A DNA stretch of 64,000 bases from Mobula hypostoma (taxonomy: Eukaryota), in contig NC_086108.1 in assembly GCF_963921235.1 (NCBI RefSeq), forward strand, positions 68,698,001 to 68,762,000, in the 5' to 3' direction. A program made the translations under genes and the position numbers. Positions 61,641 through 64,000 of this stretch are shown one piece after another. The notes below the pieces were generated by a model, which saw nothing but the letters and a program-made list of their open reading frames with translations, was not told the origin of the DNA and did not search any database. The first letter of the stretch is position 1. Each line of letters opens with the position of its first letter.

Positions 61641-63117
61641 TACTTTTTCTGGACTATGATAACTGCAATCCACAGGCTGTAATTTTCCTTTTGGAAGTGT
61701 GCTTTTGAACTGTCTAAAGTATCTGATGTTTTTGCAGTCTCCTGGATGATTCGGCAAACAGAACTCGTGGGAGTGCAGGTACTTTCATCGCTATGCCAGC
61801 CATTGCTGGAGCGGCTTTAAGGCTGGATTGAAGTGTCGGGGCCTAACCCGAGATTGAAAAATGAACCAATGTTTATCCGATTTAAGTGATAAACCAGATT
61901 TAAAAGATTAAGGTGTTCAGGCTGAGGGCAAAGGACGAATCAGTGCTCAACTCACTTCTCCATGTTAGGCAAGATTTGTACTTTGTTGCTGTTCAGTTCA
62001 ATATTCATATGAAATAATTAAAACAAAAAATTATATAGGAGAGAAATGATCCTCAAATTTAAAAAATTGGAAATGAATCATTTCCATCTGAATGAACAAA
62101 CATTCAATGCTGGGAGTGATCTCTTCCACTTTGTTTTATCAAAATAAATACAAACAACATGTAAAAATCAATTTCCCATGTTAATAGCAAAACAATGAGA
62201 AGAAAACATCACATCTATTTTATATAATTTTATGTAAAAATTCTTCTATGCAAAGCTAATGGTTCTTAAGACATACACTAACTAAATCACAACAGCTGAA
62301 TCCCTTTATTTTTAAAGGCATTATACATTTTTGAATATTTTGCGGTATATTTCCTAACAGAGTCTGAACACAAATGATCACCTGAGCATAAAAAGCAAAA
62401 ACAGATGTAGAAGACTGCCTTCATGAACCATATTTAATTTCCTCATGCTCAGTCCCATGAAAATTTATCACACTGTATTTTCAAAACCAAATAGTAATTA
62501 ATTTTAATCATCCTATCATTCTCTTTAACCATCCATTTACCTTGGTGATTGCAAAACATTCAGAAAGATATTCAAAACTGTTATCATACTGTAACGGTAA
62601 TTTTAATTACTTTGGATGAAGAAATAATCCAAATTAGAATATTAAAAGTCATAATTGTAGGTTTGAAAACTGTATTTTAAACTAGAAATGTTTCTTACTT
62701 TTGTTTGATTATAAAATATAGAATTAAATAACCTCTTATATAATGCTACTTTACAAATGCAATTTTCCAAAACAGAAAACTATCAAATTGATATAATTTT
62801 GCAGTTTGACCTGATAGCAAATATGGACTCCAAAAGACAAACCTTTGGAATGAACATTCTGCAGAATTGCTTGTGCCACAGGCTTTAAAAATACCTAAAA
62901 AAAAAAACTGATGCTGGGAATAACCAGGTTTTGTTTAGCTCTCTCACTCTCACCCAAATCAAGTGTCCCACACATTGACGGGTTTAAAAAGGTATTAAAA
63001 TTATACTATAAATATCTGTTGGTATGAGCAGATTTCACATCTCAATGTATAAAGTCCACAACGGAACAAATGTAAACAGATGTTTCTTTCTTCCCAAGAA
63101 TTCCAATTTAAAACTTA

Positions 63118-63935
63118 ACCATAAGATATAGGAGCAGAGCTACGCCATTTGTCACTCGAGTTTGCTCCACCATTCGATCATGGATGATTTATTTTCCCTC
63201 TCAACTCCATTCTTCTGCTTTCTCCCCATAATCTCTCACACCCTTACTAATCAAGAACCTATCAAGCTCCATTTTAAATATATCCAGTGCTTAGGCCTCT
63301 ACAGCCATCTGTGGCAAGCATTTCCACAGATTCACTACCCAGTAGCTGAAGAAATTCCTCTTCATTTCTGTTCGAAAGGTATGTCCTTCTACTCTGAGGC
63401 GGTGCTCTCAGGTTCTAGGTAGTTGCACTATTGCTCCATTAGAAACATCCTCTCTGCATCCCTACCTTTCAATATTCAGTAGGTTTCAAAGACATCTTCC
63501 CTCATTCTTCTAAACTCCAACGAGAAGAGACTCAGAGCAATTAAAAGCTCCTCAAAGATTAACATTTCATTTCCAGGATCATTCTCATGAACCTCCTCGG
63601 GAGTTCCTCCAATTATAGTACATCCTTTCTAAGATATGCAGCCCAAAACTGGTCATGATATTCCAATGTGTTCTAACCAATGCCTTACACAGCCTCACCA
63701 TTATTTCCTTGCTTTTATATTCTAGTCCTCTTGAAATGAATGCTAATATTGCATTTGTTTTTCTTACTAATGACTCAGCCTGGAATGACTCCCGTCACTT
63801 TGCACTTCTGATTCTGATTTTCTCCCGTTTAGAAAATAATCTATGACTTTATCCTTCTATCAAAGTGCATGACCAAACAATTCCATACATTGTATTTCAT
63901 CTGCCACTTCTTTGCCCATTCTCTTAATCTGTCCA
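63118..63935 (-). mobile_element. Decayed CR1 3' fragment
   Basis: Tail ccataagatataggagcagag; homologous to 4394-5250. Confidence 0.8.
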
Positions 63936-64000
63936 TAATAATGGACTAAGATCTTGCCAAACACTGAAGTCAGGCTAACTGTCCTATACTTTTCTTCCTT

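Noticed and set aside
1..64000. Prokaryotic defence or retron-like system suggested by many RT ORFs
   Set aside because: All RT fragments are eukaryotic non-LTR or Penelope types, broken by stops and frameshifts, and lie within spliceosomal introns.
58672..64000. Upstream FAF1 exon (TWAWD-containing UAS segment)
   Set aside because: No matching codons seen; the region is mostly CR1 debris.

Overview
Vertebrate nuclear DNA, most likely a cartilaginous fish (ray or shark), inferred from HE1-type V-SINEs and the CR1/Penelope/Rex repeat spectrum. The window lies inside the 3' half of FAF1 on the minus strand. Five coding exons were resolved with GT-AG boundaries (58535-58671, 58013-58101, 21029-21109, 18475-18552, 2024-2239). 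They encode the end of the UAS domain, the coiled coil and most of the UBX domain; the flanking exons were not found in the window. The introns (0.4, 36.9, 2.5 and 16.2 kb) are packed with decayed and often nested transposons: CR1, Rex1/Babar and RTE LINEs, Penelope-like elements, Tc1, Buster- and Tip100-type hAT, Chapaev3, a Harbinger-type MITE and several SINEs. TE-free islands between them are candidate conserved enhancers. The most notable signal is three intact minimal type I hammerhead ribozyme motifs from Penelope pLTRs, all sense to FAF1 in the same intron. Also notable are multi-level TE nests with readable target-site duplications (TSDs), a templated 33-bp insertion and an inverted duplication of a rearranged CR1 junction. 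I found no prokaryotic system, CRISPR array or clearly novel protein-coding gene. TE family calls come from motif recognition, not database searches, and boundaries of old elements are approximate.
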